Origin: an uncultured virus (IMG/VR IMGVR_UViG_3300020519_000004)
Taxonomy: Duplodnaviria; Heunggongvirae; Uroviricota; Caudoviricetes
Strand: one strand, 5' to 3'
DNA: 64,000 bases
Virus record (IMG/VR): IMGVR_UViG_3300020519_000004
Shown here: piece by piece, positions 40,230 through 49,438 of the stretch
Position numbering within the stretch: position 1 is the stretch's first letter
Layout: every line of letters starts with the position of its first letter
Program-made: the position numbers and the translations under genes
The notes under the pieces: model-generated
The model's input: the letters and a program-made list of their open reading frames with translations, nothing else
Database searches by the model: none
Told to the model about the DNA's origin: nothing

Positions 40230-40365
40230 TCGCTATCAAAATCGTTTTTAATATCATTCCAGTTTTTTTTAATAACATATGTTACAGAAAAAACCATAGC
40301 TGATATTAAAATAATTATTGGTCTAAAATCTGGTTCAAAAGGTCCAGGAAAAAGAATCGAAGAAA

Positions 40366-40515
40366 TCATAACGTTTCTTTAACTAGCTCTTCATCAATCA
40401 TAAGATGCAATCTAATGTCTAAAAGAAGATCAGTCATCTCTGAAGATGAAACTAATTGCCTTCCTGATATTTGTTTAATTGCATTATCTATAAGATTTGT
40501 AATTTGTTTTGTCAT
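40366..40515 (-). CDS. Small hypothetical protein starting at tRNA-Asn 3' end
   Basis: ATG overlaps tRNA trailer CTA-TG. Confidence 0.55.
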   Translation of the reverse strand: MTKQITNLIDNAIKQISGRQLVSSSEMTDLLLDIRLHLMIDEELVKETL

Positions 40516-40517
40516 AG

Positions 40518-40590
40518 CTGGCAAGGTAGGGCTCGAACCTACGACCCAGGGATTAACAGTCCCTTGCTCTGCCAACTGAGCTACTTGCCA
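40518..40590 (-). tRNA. tRNA-Asn(GTT)
   Basis: Canonical cloverleaf, loop CTGTTAA. Confidence 0.95.
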
Positions 40591-40661
40591 ATATAAATAT
40601 AATAGGGCACACCACAGTGTCGTTTAAGCCGAGCTATACGCTAACGGATCCCCTAAAATAT

Positions 40662-40766
40662 TTATTTGTTTTGTTTAATGTCAGCAACTAATACAAGAAA
40701 TAAGCTAACAGCTATTAGACCTACAGGTATTCCAATCACTAACCTAATTATATCAAACCAATTCAT
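40662..40766 (-). CDS. 34-aa single-TM protein (not in ORF track)
   Basis: MNWFDIIRLVIGIPVGLIAVSLFLVLVADIKQNK; GAGG SD. Confidence 0.5.
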   Translation of the reverse strand: MNWFDIIRLVIGIPVGLIAVSLFLVLVADIKQNK

Positions 40767-41082
40767 TGTTAACCTCTAGTTCAAGTGTGGCTTTACGCTT
40801 ACGTTGCAATCTTCTAGCTACATTAATTCCAGCATAACGAGGAAGACTGTATCCAGCAAGGTAACGTTCTTCTTCATTTTCGCCACCCCAAATACCAAAT
40901 TCAGTATTTTCTCTAGCGTAATCTTTACATAAATCTAAAACAGGACAAATAGCACAAAGTGTTTTAGCTCTTTGTTCACGACGATCTCTGGCTTGTGGAC
41001 GCTCAGCATCTTTAGGATAAAACAAATATGAATATCCTTTACAAGCTGCTTGTTGAGACCAAGAACCAATAGATACTCTCAT
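40753..41082 (-). CDS. whiB: WhiB-family transcription factor
   Basis: WSQQAACKG...AKTLCAICPVLDLC...GIWGGENEEER. Confidence 0.92.
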   Translation of the reverse strand: MRVSIGSWSQQAACKGYSYLFYPKDAERPQARDRREQRAKTLCAICPVLDLCKDYARENTEFGIWGGENEEERYLAGYSLPRYAGINVARRLQRKRKATLELEVNNELV

Positions 41083-41231
41083 TTATTTTCCTATTCCGAT
41101 AAGGAAAGCATTGCTGCTTTAAACTCTATACAAGAAACAACAACTGAAGCAATTGCTGCTATAATCGCTGCTATAATAATAGCTAAATCCATAACCACTC
41201 CATTCAATGTTCGTTGGTGTTGTTTTGAATT

Positions 41232-41447
41232 TTACCAACGGGATTTAACAAGTTCTTCAGTTCCTTCAGAAATTTTATCTTTGTGAAATGGATCATGTAA
41301 AGTTCCCCGTATAGCTTCAGCAATATCACTGCGAACAGAAGATAAAACACTAAAATAAGTTTGACCAAATCTCCAAGTATCTTTAAACTGATGATGGTAT
41401 TTATCAACTCTTTCTAAAAATTCTTCATATGAAATATTTGTTTTCAC
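41232..41447 (-). CDS. Phage hypothetical protein
   Basis: WRFGQTYF...DPFH pattern; AAGGA SD. Confidence 0.6.
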   Translation of the reverse strand: MKTNISYEEFLERVDKYHHQFKDTWRFGQTYFSVLSSVRSDIAEAIRGTLHDPFHKDKISEGTEELVKSRW

Positions 41448-41467
41448 AAAGATCCTTTGTTTAGTTG

Positions 41468-41552
41468 TGCCCGGGATCGGACTCGAACCGATACAGCACT
41501 TTCGTGCCAGGGGGGTTTAAGCCCCCCGCGTCTACCATTCCGCCACCTGGGC
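41468..41552 (-). tRNA. tRNA-Leu(TAA)
   Basis: Long variable arm GCAC-GAAA-GTGC, loop CTTAAAC. Confidence 0.9.
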
Positions 41553-41558
41553 CTAAGA

Positions 41559-41798
41559 TTAACTTAGGTCAGCTGGTTCTAATATAACATCTTCTAAGGA
41601 TCCAGATATGTTCATTAGTTTGACTAACTTATCTGACCACCTAGCAAGCTTGTCGATATCATTGATATCAAACTGTAGACCTGCAAGCTTTGCATTATCT
41701 ACAGCATAAGCGTCTACTAGGTTTCTTAGTAGATCTCTTGTCTTAGAAAGATTAAGGGCATCATCGCTATTGCTATTAAGCATTACTGAATATGACAT
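41559..41798 (-). CDS. Hypothetical protein
   Basis: GGAG SD. Confidence 0.55.
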   Translation of the reverse strand: MSYSVMLNSNSDDALNLSKTRDLLRNLVDAYAVDNAKLAGLQFDINDIDKLARWSDKLVKLMNISGSLEDVILEPADLS

Positions 41799-41839
41799 AA
41801 TATGTCTCCGTACTTATATAGGTATTCTGTTGCTTTGTA

Positions 41840-42097
41840 TTAATTAGATGCTACTCTTACACGAGCGTTAGTTTCATAACGCACGGTAAATACATTTTGA
41901 TTAACATCAATTACCGTAAGGTACCACATATTATCATGAAATGAAATTTCAGATATTTTAAGTTTCTCAGCGTTGTGGTTATTACCAAGGTACAATGATT
42001 CACCAGCAAATATATTGCTTACTGCCATTGACGTACCATAATAATTTTGTGGCATTGATGGTTGATCGATTATTTTAGGAGCTTGAATAGTGCTCAT
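41840..42097 (-). CDS. Hypothetical protein
   Basis: AAGGA SD. Confidence 0.55.
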   Translation of the reverse strand: MSTIQAPKIIDQPSMPQNYYGTSMAVSNIFAGESLYLGNNHNAEKLKISEISFHDNMWYLTVIDVNQNVFTVRYETNARVRVASN

Positions 42098-42190
42098 TTA
42101 TTTTCCTTATGTTTGTATTTGATTAGATAGAGAACATGGCAATTAATACTAATATAATTATTATGCCAATAAAAGGTAAAGCGAAAATCA

Positions 42191-42460
42191 TTATGGACCT
42201 AACACATATCCGCACCATAATAGATCATCTCGATACTGTTGAGTAGGACCATTTGATCTAGCAAATGCTGTAAAGTTTTTGAAGTTGTTTTGAGTTGCTG
42301 CAACAAAACAATCACAAGATTTAGAATATGGATCTTCACCCATTTCCTCAACACAAAATGCTTGTCTTATACCTTCTATTCTTTTTTGTGACCAAGGTTC
42401 ACCTAAAGAACAAGAAGCTAACAGCAGGCATATAGTAGGTATTAAAATATACTTTTTCAT
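42191..42460 (-). CDS. Small lipoprotein
   Basis: Lipobox LASC. Confidence 0.6.
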   Translation of the reverse strand: MKKYILIPTICLLLASCSLGEPWSQKRIEGIRQAFCVEEMGEDPYSKSCDCFVAATQNNFKNFTAFARSNGPTQQYRDDLLWCGYVLGP

Positions 42461-42466
42461 AAAGTC

Positions 42467-42637
42467 CTAAAAACAAGTGTCACAAGTACAATGGTTATGA
42501 TGCCCTGATTGGCACCTAGGAGACGCTGTGTGAGGCGGAAACAAGCCAGTAGGCTTATCATACTCTAGGTCACAATAAGTGCATTCACCTTTAGGCATTT
42601 GCTTAATGTATGGTTGTGTTTCAGATTGTGTATTCAT
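42467..42637 (-). CDS. 56-aa Cys/His-rich protein (not in ORF track)
   Basis: CTYC...PPHTASPRCQSGHHNHCTCDTCF; ATGA overlap with upstream stop. Confidence 0.7.
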   Translation of the reverse strand: MNTQSETQPYIKQMPKGECTYCDLEYDKPTGLFPPHTASPRCQSGHHNHCTCDTCF

Positions 42638-42864
42638 ATTTTATTTTTAAAACTTTCTTCGATAATAAGATTCTTTACAGCCTCAAGCCAAAAAACGGTA
42701 TCTGATTCAGGAAAATCACTCTTGTATGCTACGTTAGCTTCTGAAAGAGTAATCTCAATCTTGAATTCTTTTCGCCGCGCAAAAGCAATCTTTTCTGCTT
42801 CAATTTTACTTTTAGCTTTGACTATTGATGTATTTGTAACTGTAAAATAATTAAATTTATTCAT
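42634..42864 (-). CDS. Hypothetical protein starting at tRNA-Ile2 3' end
   Basis: ATG overlaps tRNA trailer CTA-TG. Confidence 0.55.
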   Translation of the reverse strand: MNKFNYFTVTNTSIVKAKSKIEAEKIAFARRKEFKIEITLSEANVAYKSDFPESDTVFWLEAVKNLIIEESFKNKI

Positions 42865-42866
42865 AG

Positions 42867-42939
<73 letters not shown>

Positions 42940-42944
42940 TAAAA

Positions 42945-43361
42945 TTAATCATTATAATTAGGCAACAAATCTATAGCAATATCTAATGCTTCTATATATC
43001 CATCCCAGTAATAATAATCAGTACTGCCAGCATCTTGCGCCGCTGCTCTAAGTTCGCTAACTTTGCCTGCTTTTGTGGACAACAAAATTGCATAATCATG
43101 TATGTTATCAAAAGATTTTTGAGCACTAGTATTAGGAATCATTCTGTCACGAACTACTTCATATAGCCCAGTTCTAATATCTTCATAAACGTCTATAGCA
43201 ATGTCAGCATCACCTAAGCTTATTGCTAGAGCAGTGGCTGTTTCTCTCCAGTCATCAGCAATCTTTTTCCAGCGTTGAACTTCAGATTCTAAATCTTTAA
43301 TTTCATTAAATGATTCTTTATTTGTTACAAGGATTTTAGTTTTGTCCATGATATTATCCAA
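42945..43361 (-). CDS. Hypothetical protein, YWDGY paralog
   Basis: Shares C-terminal DYYYWDGY.EALD.AID.LPNYN with next ORF. Confidence 0.6.
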   Translation of the reverse strand: MDNIMDKTKILVTNKESFNEIKDLESEVQRWKKIADDWRETATALAISLGDADIAIDVYEDIRTGLYEVVRDRMIPNTSAQKSFDNIHDYAILLSTKAGKVSELRAAAQDAGSTDYYYWDGYIEALDIAIDLLPNYND

Positions 43362-43401
43362 TACTTCCGCGGCTGTTGTAGCTCATTCATAAGAGCATCT
43401 T

Positions 43402-43821
43402 TTAATTATTGTAGTTTGGCAAGAAATCAATAGCATAATCTAATGCTTCGACATAACCGTCCCAGTAGTAATAATCACTACTGCCATCAGCTTCTGCTAA
43501 TGATCTTTGAGCTTCTGCCATTAAAGTTTTTTGAGAAATTACATTTACATAATCATGAATTTCGTCAAAAGGATTAGATAAAGGTTTATCATAAGAACTT
43601 TGTACAACTTTACGAAGTGTTTCAATTGATTCTTTTAAAACAATCGCATCATAATCACTATTAGTCATAGATGCATGTTTTATTTTATCTATTAAATCAA
43701 GCATAACACTTTTAGTAGTAGGTATAATCTCAGCGTGATTGTGCAACATGCATTGTTCAGATTCTTCAAACCAAGATATTACATTGGGTATGTTAACATT
43801 AATGTTTTTAGGTTCTGACAT
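43402..43821 (-). CDS. Hypothetical protein, YWDGY paralog
   Basis: As above; AGGAG SD. Confidence 0.6.
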   Translation of the reverse strand: MSEPKNINVNIPNVISWFEESEQCMLHNHAEIIPTTKSVMLDLIDKIKHASMTNSDYDAIVLKESIETLRKVVQSSYDKPLSNPFDEIHDYVNVISQKTLMAEAQRSLAEADGSSDYYYWDGYVEALDYAIDFLPNYNN

Positions 43822-43899
43822 AACGATGGCTCCTATCTATTTTAGAGATACTACTGATTGGTAGGTTCACATAACGTGATAGTATGATACTATATAAGC

Positions 43900-44064
43900 A
43901 TGATAATAACACTCTTAATCCTCATCGCAATAGCGGCAACATTTCATAAATTTGTTATGAAAGCAGTAAACAATTACCATTATGACAGTACGCCAAAAAG
44001 ATACGAAGATCGTGTTGGGCAAATGTACTGGGATGCAATTAAAGAACCACGTAGATTTAATTAA
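43900..44064 (+). CDS. 54-aa membrane-anchored protein, leaderless (not in ORF track)
   Basis: TGATACTAT extended -10, 6 nt, ATG; hydrophobic N-terminus. Confidence 0.5.
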   Translation: MIITLLILIAIAATFHKFVMKAVNNYHYDSTPKRYEDRVGQMYWDAIKEPRRFN

Positions 44065-44223
44065 TATTTAAACCAATTGTATTCGTTTATATAAACAGGT
44101 CTCATCCAAGGATTGTATCTTTTGTATAATTCATGCATCAGTTGTTTATATTTAACAATTGCTTCTACGTAACCAAGCTCATCTTGCTCTTTATAAAATA
44201 AATCTAATATTTTATTACGAGCC

Positions 44224-44532
44224 TCAAGAGGTGGTGGGATTATCTGACGAAGTTGGGCTTTGTCTGGCTTGTAAGATTTCTTCACACTCTTCCTCTTCAT
44301 CTGGCAATACATGAACTATAGATTCTAAAGCACTAATGTAGCCATCCCAATAACGAACAGTTGAAGTATCATTTTCTAATACTTCAGATCGTCTTGTTCT
44401 AGCGTGTTGAATATTGCGAAAAACTAATGACTTAAGCAATCTCATTAGCTTCGTCCATGCCCTTAAAGTAACGTTGCAAAGTTGAATAAACAGCTTGCCA
44501 ATCAGGATCAATATTTGCCGCAAAAGTTTCAA
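44224..44532 (-). CDS. Hypothetical protein with YWDGY motif
   Basis: RYWDGYISALE; start probably downstream. Confidence 0.5.
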   Translation of the reverse strand: MKLLRQILILIGKLFIQLCNVTLRAWTKLMRLLKSLVFRNIQHARTRRSEVLENDTSTVRYWDGYISALESIVHVLPDEEEECEEILQARQSPTSSDNPTTS

Positions 44533-44779
44533 TCTCTAACATCATCTTGTCTTTTAATCCAAGCTGAGCAAGCTCATAAAACATATCATAAAAAGCAGGA
44601 TCAGTTACGCTAAATAAATGATCTCGTGTAGTTAAAGGATTTTTAACACGAATATGTTCAGCTTTATACATAGGAGTAAGAATATTGTAATGAGAAGTCA
44701 TTGCTGATTGAATAGCAATTTCATCTGGAGTACGCTTATCTGCAATTGCTATTTTATTTTGCTTTTTTAATGGGGGCAT
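44432..44779 (-). CDS. Hypothetical protein
   Basis: AGGAG SD. Confidence 0.55.
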   Translation of the reverse strand: MPPLKKQNKIAIADKRTPDEIAIQSAMTSHYNILTPMYKAEHIRVKNPLTTRDHLFSVTDPAFYDMFYELAQLGLKDKMMLEIETFAANIDPDWQAVYSTLQRYFKGMDEANEIA

Positions 44780-44802
44780 AGTAGAATCTCCTACTTAATT
44801 GG

Positions 44803-45648
44803 TTATTTTATTTTGGTTAAAACTTTCTTTGCTTTGTTACTTTTAATGACCTTAGGTTTAATGAACTTAGGTTTAATAACCTTAGGCTTACTAATAGAAC
44901 TAATTAATTCTTCTGATAAAACAAATGAGGTGTATGCTGAAGAGACGTTTACAGTTTCGACAACTGTTGTTGTGGTTGTTGTGGGAGCTGTATACGGTTC
45001 TGTATTATACACTATTGGCTGTGGTTGCGATTGTACTGGTTCTGGCTGGGTTGTTTGCGGTGATTGAGATACCTGTGTTGGTGCTACAACTTCTGGCAAT
45101 GTTGTTGTAGGCGCAACAGTTGTAGTAGTAGTTATAGGGGTAACTGCAATAGTTGTAGTAGGTGCAATTGTAGTAGTTGTAACTACTTCTTCTACTTGAG
45201 TTGTGCCATCACAAGCAATCGCGCAATCACCATTAGTAGTTACTGGATTGCTAGGTACATTAAAGTGAGATTTAATAGTAGCCAATCCAGTAGAGGCACT
45301 AAACGATTGATCAGTCCATACGGCGATAATAATAGAAGGCCGATAACCATTGCCCCCGGAACCAATACTAAAGCCGATACCTGGGTTTGAAGACATACTT
45401 TGGGCATTACCTAGTATAGCACCAATGGCAGCATGACCGCCATTACCGTGACTAATAAGCTGTTCGTATGCAGCAGTACCAATATCAGTATCTTTTATTT
45501 CTATAAGAATAGGCTCTTGATTATCAGCAAGTGAAATTGCTGGAAAAGATAAAGAACCAATTAACAAGGCTGTTGTAATTAAAGATAGTTTAATTTTATT
45601 TTTCATTTTAGTTTTCCTAACATAAATTGATCGATTGGTATAGGCCAT
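44803..45648 (-). CDS. Secreted Thr/Pro-rich protein
   Basis: Signal peptide (MKNKIK...LA), TTTT/PTTT repeats, KPK repeats. Confidence 0.65.
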   Translation of the reverse strand: MAYTNRSIYVRKTKMKNKIKLSLITTALLIGSLSFPAISLADNQEPILIEIKDTDIGTAAYEQLISHGNGGHAAIGAILGNAQSMSSNPGIGFSIGSGGNGYRPSIIIAVWTDQSFSASTGLATIKSHFNVPSNPVTTNGDCAIACDGTTQVEEVVTTTTIAPTTTIAVTPITTTTTVAPTTTLPEVVAPTQVSQSPQTTQPEPVQSQPQPIVYNTEPYTAPTTTTTTVVETVNVSSAYTSFVLSEELISSISKPKVIKPKFIKPKVIKSNKAKKVLTKIK

Positions 45649-45833
45649 AAATCTTTAGACTGAACATCAGAACCAAAGAATTGTTTAACAGCTTCATCAT
45701 ATCCGCAGAATGAACATATCTCTGTTTTATTATCTGCTCTTGACATAGCTCCAGGATATGCACCTGGCGCATCATTAGTAGGTATTAAATTTAAAGTACA
45801 ACGTGGGCATAACATTATTACATAATCTCCCAT
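45603..45833 (-). CDS. Small Zn-binding protein
   Basis: CPRC...AMSRADNKTEICSFCG. Confidence 0.6.
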   Translation of the reverse strand: MGDYVIMLCPRCTLNLIPTNDAPGAYPGAMSRADNKTEICSFCGYDEAVKQFFGSDVQSKDLWPIPIDQFMLGKLK

Positions 45834-46195
45834 GATTCAGCATCGTCTGAAGCTAAATAGGTTATGGTGCTTGAGCCAATTGATTCAGCTTTCCACGCAT
45901 ATTGACAGCATGGTTTTTCATTTGGACCGTTTGGGCTGTGTCCACCTTTACCTACTAGCACACTGAGTAAAGGAAAAGTATCTAAAAACTTTACAATGCA
46001 GTCGTGACATAATCTTACTATTTGTTCTGGGTCACCGATTGGATCTGTAAAGCCGGCATAATATCCGAAATTATTAATATTGAATACCCATCCATTATCT
46101 GGAAGTTCTTTTTGAGTATGATGAGGAGCCATAGATCCACAACCATGACACATGTGAAAGCCATGACGAGGATAATCTGATGGATATTCATTCAT
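45818..46195 (-). CDS. Cys-rich hypothetical protein
   Basis: CHGC, GYYAGFTD, LCHDC. Confidence 0.6.
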   Translation of the reverse strand: MNEYPSDYPRHGFHMCHGCGSMAPHHTQKELPDNGWVFNINNFGYYAGFTDPIGDPEQIVRLCHDCIVKFLDTFPLLSVLVGKGGHSPNGPNEKPCCQYAWKAESIGSSTITYLASDDAESWEIM

Positions 46196-46201
46196 GAGAA
46201 T

Positions 46202-47881
46202 TTACCACCTTTTGTTTTGTTTAATTTTATTTTCAAGCCAAGCTGGTCTCTTATTCTCAGGTCTTTCCATCCATTTAGAAATAATTTGACTAGCCATACC
46301 TTTGGTCATTGTATTAGTGATTGGTACACCAATTCTTTTAAGAAGTTTTTGTTGCTTGTCCGTTGGAGCATCTGCTCTCCAAACAGCTGTTGCATCTATC
46401 AATGGAAGAGATGTAGATCTATTTTCCATAATCCATTTGTCAGCACCAGCAAAGACAGATCTCATACTTTGACCGCGACCAATAACATGAATATTTACAT
46501 TAGCACCTGAACGAATGTGGCATTCAGCTGTCCATCTTCCAAGAGTGTCGCAATAAATATGAAAAGATTCAAAACTATTAGTGTTCAAATAGAATCTATC
46601 TTCTCCAACTTCAGACCAGATGAATGTAGAATATTCAAGCACAGCTGGGTTCGGAGGTGGAGGCATAAACAAATCAATTCTTTTGTATGCATTTGTGATG
46701 TCTTCCATGTTAAGAACACTAGAAGCTTCACCAGGAGCAGTCTCTTTAAGCTTTTCAAATTCATCAGCAATGTCAGTTAATGATTGACCTTGCAAATCAA
46801 ATTCAGCTGGCATACCTAAAAGAGTAGGTAAACCAATAGGCTTTTTACCTCTAGTGGTATCTGCAATATCAATAATCATGCAGTGTTCTTTACCTTCAAA
46901 TAAACGTGTACCACGTCCTACAATTTGAGTATAAAGAAGAGATGATCTAGTAGGCTTAGCTAAGATAATAGCTTCAATACTTGGCTCATCAAAGCCTTCA
47001 GTTAATACTCCTACGTTAACGAGAACGGTTACCGCGCCAGATTTGAAGTCCGACAGTATTTGTCGGCGTTCCTCCTCTGGAGTTGTACCTATTATTACTC
47101 GTACCGAGGACCCGTTTTTTCTAAAGGCTTCTTCAAGGTGTCCTGCGTGATCGACTCCAGCGGCGAAAACGACGGTTTTCTTAGCATTCGCCAAATCGTT
47201 ATAGGCAGTAACAATACTGTTGTTACGACCAGGATTATCAATAGCTTCAATGAGTTGGTCTTGTTTATATTCGCCATTTTGTATCTCCACATCTGAAATA
47301 TCGGTTGATGTTTTTACTCTGTATCCAACTAAAGGGCTAAGCCAGCCTTCTTTAATTAAATCCTGTATAGACTTATAGTATACGATCTCTTGAAAGACAT
47401 CAATAAGTCTAACAGAGTCTGATCGTTGAGGAGTTGCTGTAACGCCTAATAAAAGTTCAGGTGTAAAATAATCTAATATCCTACGGTATGATGGCGCTGC
47501 AGCATGATGAGCTTCATCAACTACAATAGTTTTAAAATAATTTTTAGGATACTTCTCAATACGAGAAGAAGATTCTCTACCAAGAGTTGGAACAGAAGCA
47601 ATAACAACATCTACATAACCAGCTTTGTTATCAGCTTGTTCAATGCCTACAGATAAATCTTTGTTGATTGTTTCAATCTTATCTTTAGCTTGAATTAAAA
47701 GTTCAGACCTATGAGCAAGCACTAGCATTGGCAATGATTCTTTGCGAATAATTGGAAGCTGTGCAAACAGTACAGTTTTACCTGCACCTGTTGGTAAAAC
47801 AATCAGCTGTTTGTTAATACCATTTGATTCAGCTTCGAGCATTGAAGCAAGAGCTTCTTGTTGATAAGGTCTTAGTTCCAC
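46202..47881 (-). CDS. SF2 DEAD/DEAH helicase (ResIII/Irc3-like)
   Basis: LRPYQ, PTGAGKT, DEAHH, TATP, LTEGFD, QIVGRGTR. Confidence 0.95.
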   Translation of the reverse strand: MELRPYQQEALASMLEAESNGINKQLIVLPTGAGKTVLFAQLPIIRKESLPMLVLAHRSELLIQAKDKIETINKDLSVGIEQADNKAGYVDVVIASVPTLGRESSSRIEKYPKNYFKTIVVDEAHHAAAPSYRRILDYFTPELLLGVTATPQRSDSVRLIDVFQEIVYYKSIQDLIKEGWLSPLVGYRVKTSTDISDVEIQNGEYKQDQLIEAIDNPGRNNSIVTAYNDLANAKKTVVFAAGVDHAGHLEEAFRKNGSSVRVIIGTTPEEERRQILSDFKSGAVTVLVNVGVLTEGFDEPSIEAIILAKPTRSSLLYTQIVGRGTRLFEGKEHCMIIDIADTTRGKKPIGLPTLLGMPAEFDLQGQSLTDIADEFEKLKETAPGEASSVLNMEDITNAYKRIDLFMPPPPNPAVLEYSTFIWSEVGEDRFYLNTNSFESFHIYCDTLGRWTAECHIRSGANVNIHVIGRGQSMRSVFAGADKWIMENRSTSLPLIDATAVWRADAPTDKQQKLLKRIGVPITNTMTKGMASQIISKWMERPENKRPAWLENKIKQNKRW

Positions 47882-48055
47882 AATAGTCTTTCGTTAAAAA
47901 TCGAATGTATCGGAATACCAAACTTCTTCTTTAGTAGAAGAAAATAGTTTATCATAAGGGTCTTCGTTAGAGACAACAACGTTTTTAAGTTTAGTTTCTT
48001 TGTCAAACATATAAACTTCTTTTATATTGTTTGTTTTTTCTTTTTTAAGTTTCAT

Positions 48056-48694
48056 TTAAAGTTCTACCTTAGTAATTCTTTGAGCATACGATTGATCGGG
48101 AAAAGTAAAATTATAACCTTTAAAGTTATAGAAATTTAACAGTTGAGCTGGAGTAAATAAAGGACCATTTAAATGAGTCATCAAATAAAATAGTTCAGCA
48201 ATTTCACCTTGATAAGATTCAGATGGATCTCCATCAGCTAAGCTTGTTAATTGGAATTTATCTATATCCCAAACAACATTGCCATCAATGATTTCATAAG
48301 GCATGATTAACATACCTGAAGAATCATTTGAAGCAAAAGTTAAACTAAGAGCATCTACAGGCCCTGACTTTTTAGTATCTGGATTATCTTGAGAATAAAC
48401 TGTTTGACGAATGTCCATAGCAAAAATAAAACTATGAGCATCTGTAGCAGAAAAGAATTGAAGCATCTCATTAAGAGATTTGTACATGTCATCTTTATCT
48501 TTATAATCTCTGCATTGAATAGTTATTTCTATATTTTCTAAATCTTTAAATATTGTTAGCATAGGTACAAAGCTATCTGATCCAGCTTGTTGTACAGTTC
48601 GTTCAAAAGTAGAAACAAAAGCATCTACCTGTTTATCTGGATTTTTAACAAATTCTTTTAATGGACTAAGATCAATATTTTTTACTGTAAACAT
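48056..48694 (-). CDS. Hypothetical protein
   Basis: Start refined to MFTVKN after AAGGA. Confidence 0.55.
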   Translation of the reverse strand: MFTVKNIDLSPLKEFVKNPDKQVDAFVSTFERTVQQAGSDSFVPMLTIFKDLENIEITIQCRDYKDKDDMYKSLNEMLQFFSATDAHSFIFAMDIRQTVYSQDNPDTKKSGPVDALSLTFASNDSSGMLIMPYEIIDGNVVWDIDKFQLTSLADGDPSESYQGEIAELFYLMTHLNGPLFTPAQLLNFYNFKGYNFTFPDQSYAQRITKVEL

Positions 48695-48702
48695 AAGTTT
48701 CC

Positions 48703-48954
48703 TTAAAATAGTTCTTGAACAGTTCCAACCACTGCGTATGTATGATAAGTAATTAAAAGCAATACAGCTAATGATAGAAGGTACTGAGTTGATAATACTA
48801 ATACAATAAAGGTAAAAAGATCTACAACTAGCCCAGCAGCCCAATGGGAAACTAGTGCAAAAACTTTAGTTTCTTTTCGCTTTAAAGATTCTTTAATAGA
48901 ACTAAAAGAATAATTAAAATTATTATCAAACGTAAAATTGGTTATTGTTTTCAT
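48703..48954 (-). CDS. Two-TM membrane protein
   Basis: Hydrophobic ORF. Confidence 0.5.
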   Translation of the reverse strand: MKTITNFTFDNNFNYSFSSIKESLKRKETKVFALVSHWAAGLVVDLFTFIVLVLSTQYLLSLAVLLLITYHTYAVVGTVQELF

Positions 48955-49402
48955 TTTTTAATTTTACTTTCGGATAGACATTTAGTAATGCATCGGCTAA
49001 AGCTCCGGTACCGGAGTTGTCGTAGACTGGTTCTTTTCCTTCAATTTTTATAACAGAATGTATATCTCTTTCGTTTGTAATAATACAAACAAGAAACACA
49101 CGAGTTCTATCTGGATGTTGAGATGGAGGAGTATCTAAATCTTCACTTGAACCTAATGGAGCAGCCCAACCTTGAGTTGTAACTGCAATAGCATCCCAAA
49201 TTAATCCAGAACTATCTTTAGAAATTTTTTCAAGAACTTCATAAATGTCTTTAGATTTATTAATTTGAAGATGACTAATAGGTTCAGTGTTATCTTCATC
49301 AATATTTAAACCATATGCATAAGCATAATCTGATTCACCTTTGTGAATTAATTTAAATATTTCAAGAGCACTTGATTCATTGATCATGATATAATCTTTC
49401 AT
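48926..49402 (-). CDS. Phage hypothetical protein
   Basis: TQGWAAP..PSQHPDRTRV..GALADAL. Confidence 0.6.
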   Translation of the reverse strand: MKDYIMINESSALEIFKLIHKGESDYAYAYGLNIDEDNTEPISHLQINKSKDIYEVLEKISKDSSGLIWDAIAVTTQGWAAPLGSSEDLDTPPSQHPDRTRVFLVCIITNERDIHSVIKIEGKEPVYDNSGTGALADALLNVYPKVKLKNENNNQFYV

Positions 49403-49438
49403 TAAGAAGAATGTGTCTTATATTTTGCATAAGATACA

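Noticed and set aside
40593..40665. Hairpin upstream of tRNA-Asn sharing GGGATCCGT with the Ntn-hydrolase leader
   Set aside because: Match is in sense orientation, not antisense; the stem is weak and AT-rich
42495..42565. Hammerhead-like arrangement of hairpins with GAAAC on plus strand
   Set aside because: No CUGAnGA core, and the region is a convincing 56-aa Cys/His CDS on the minus strand
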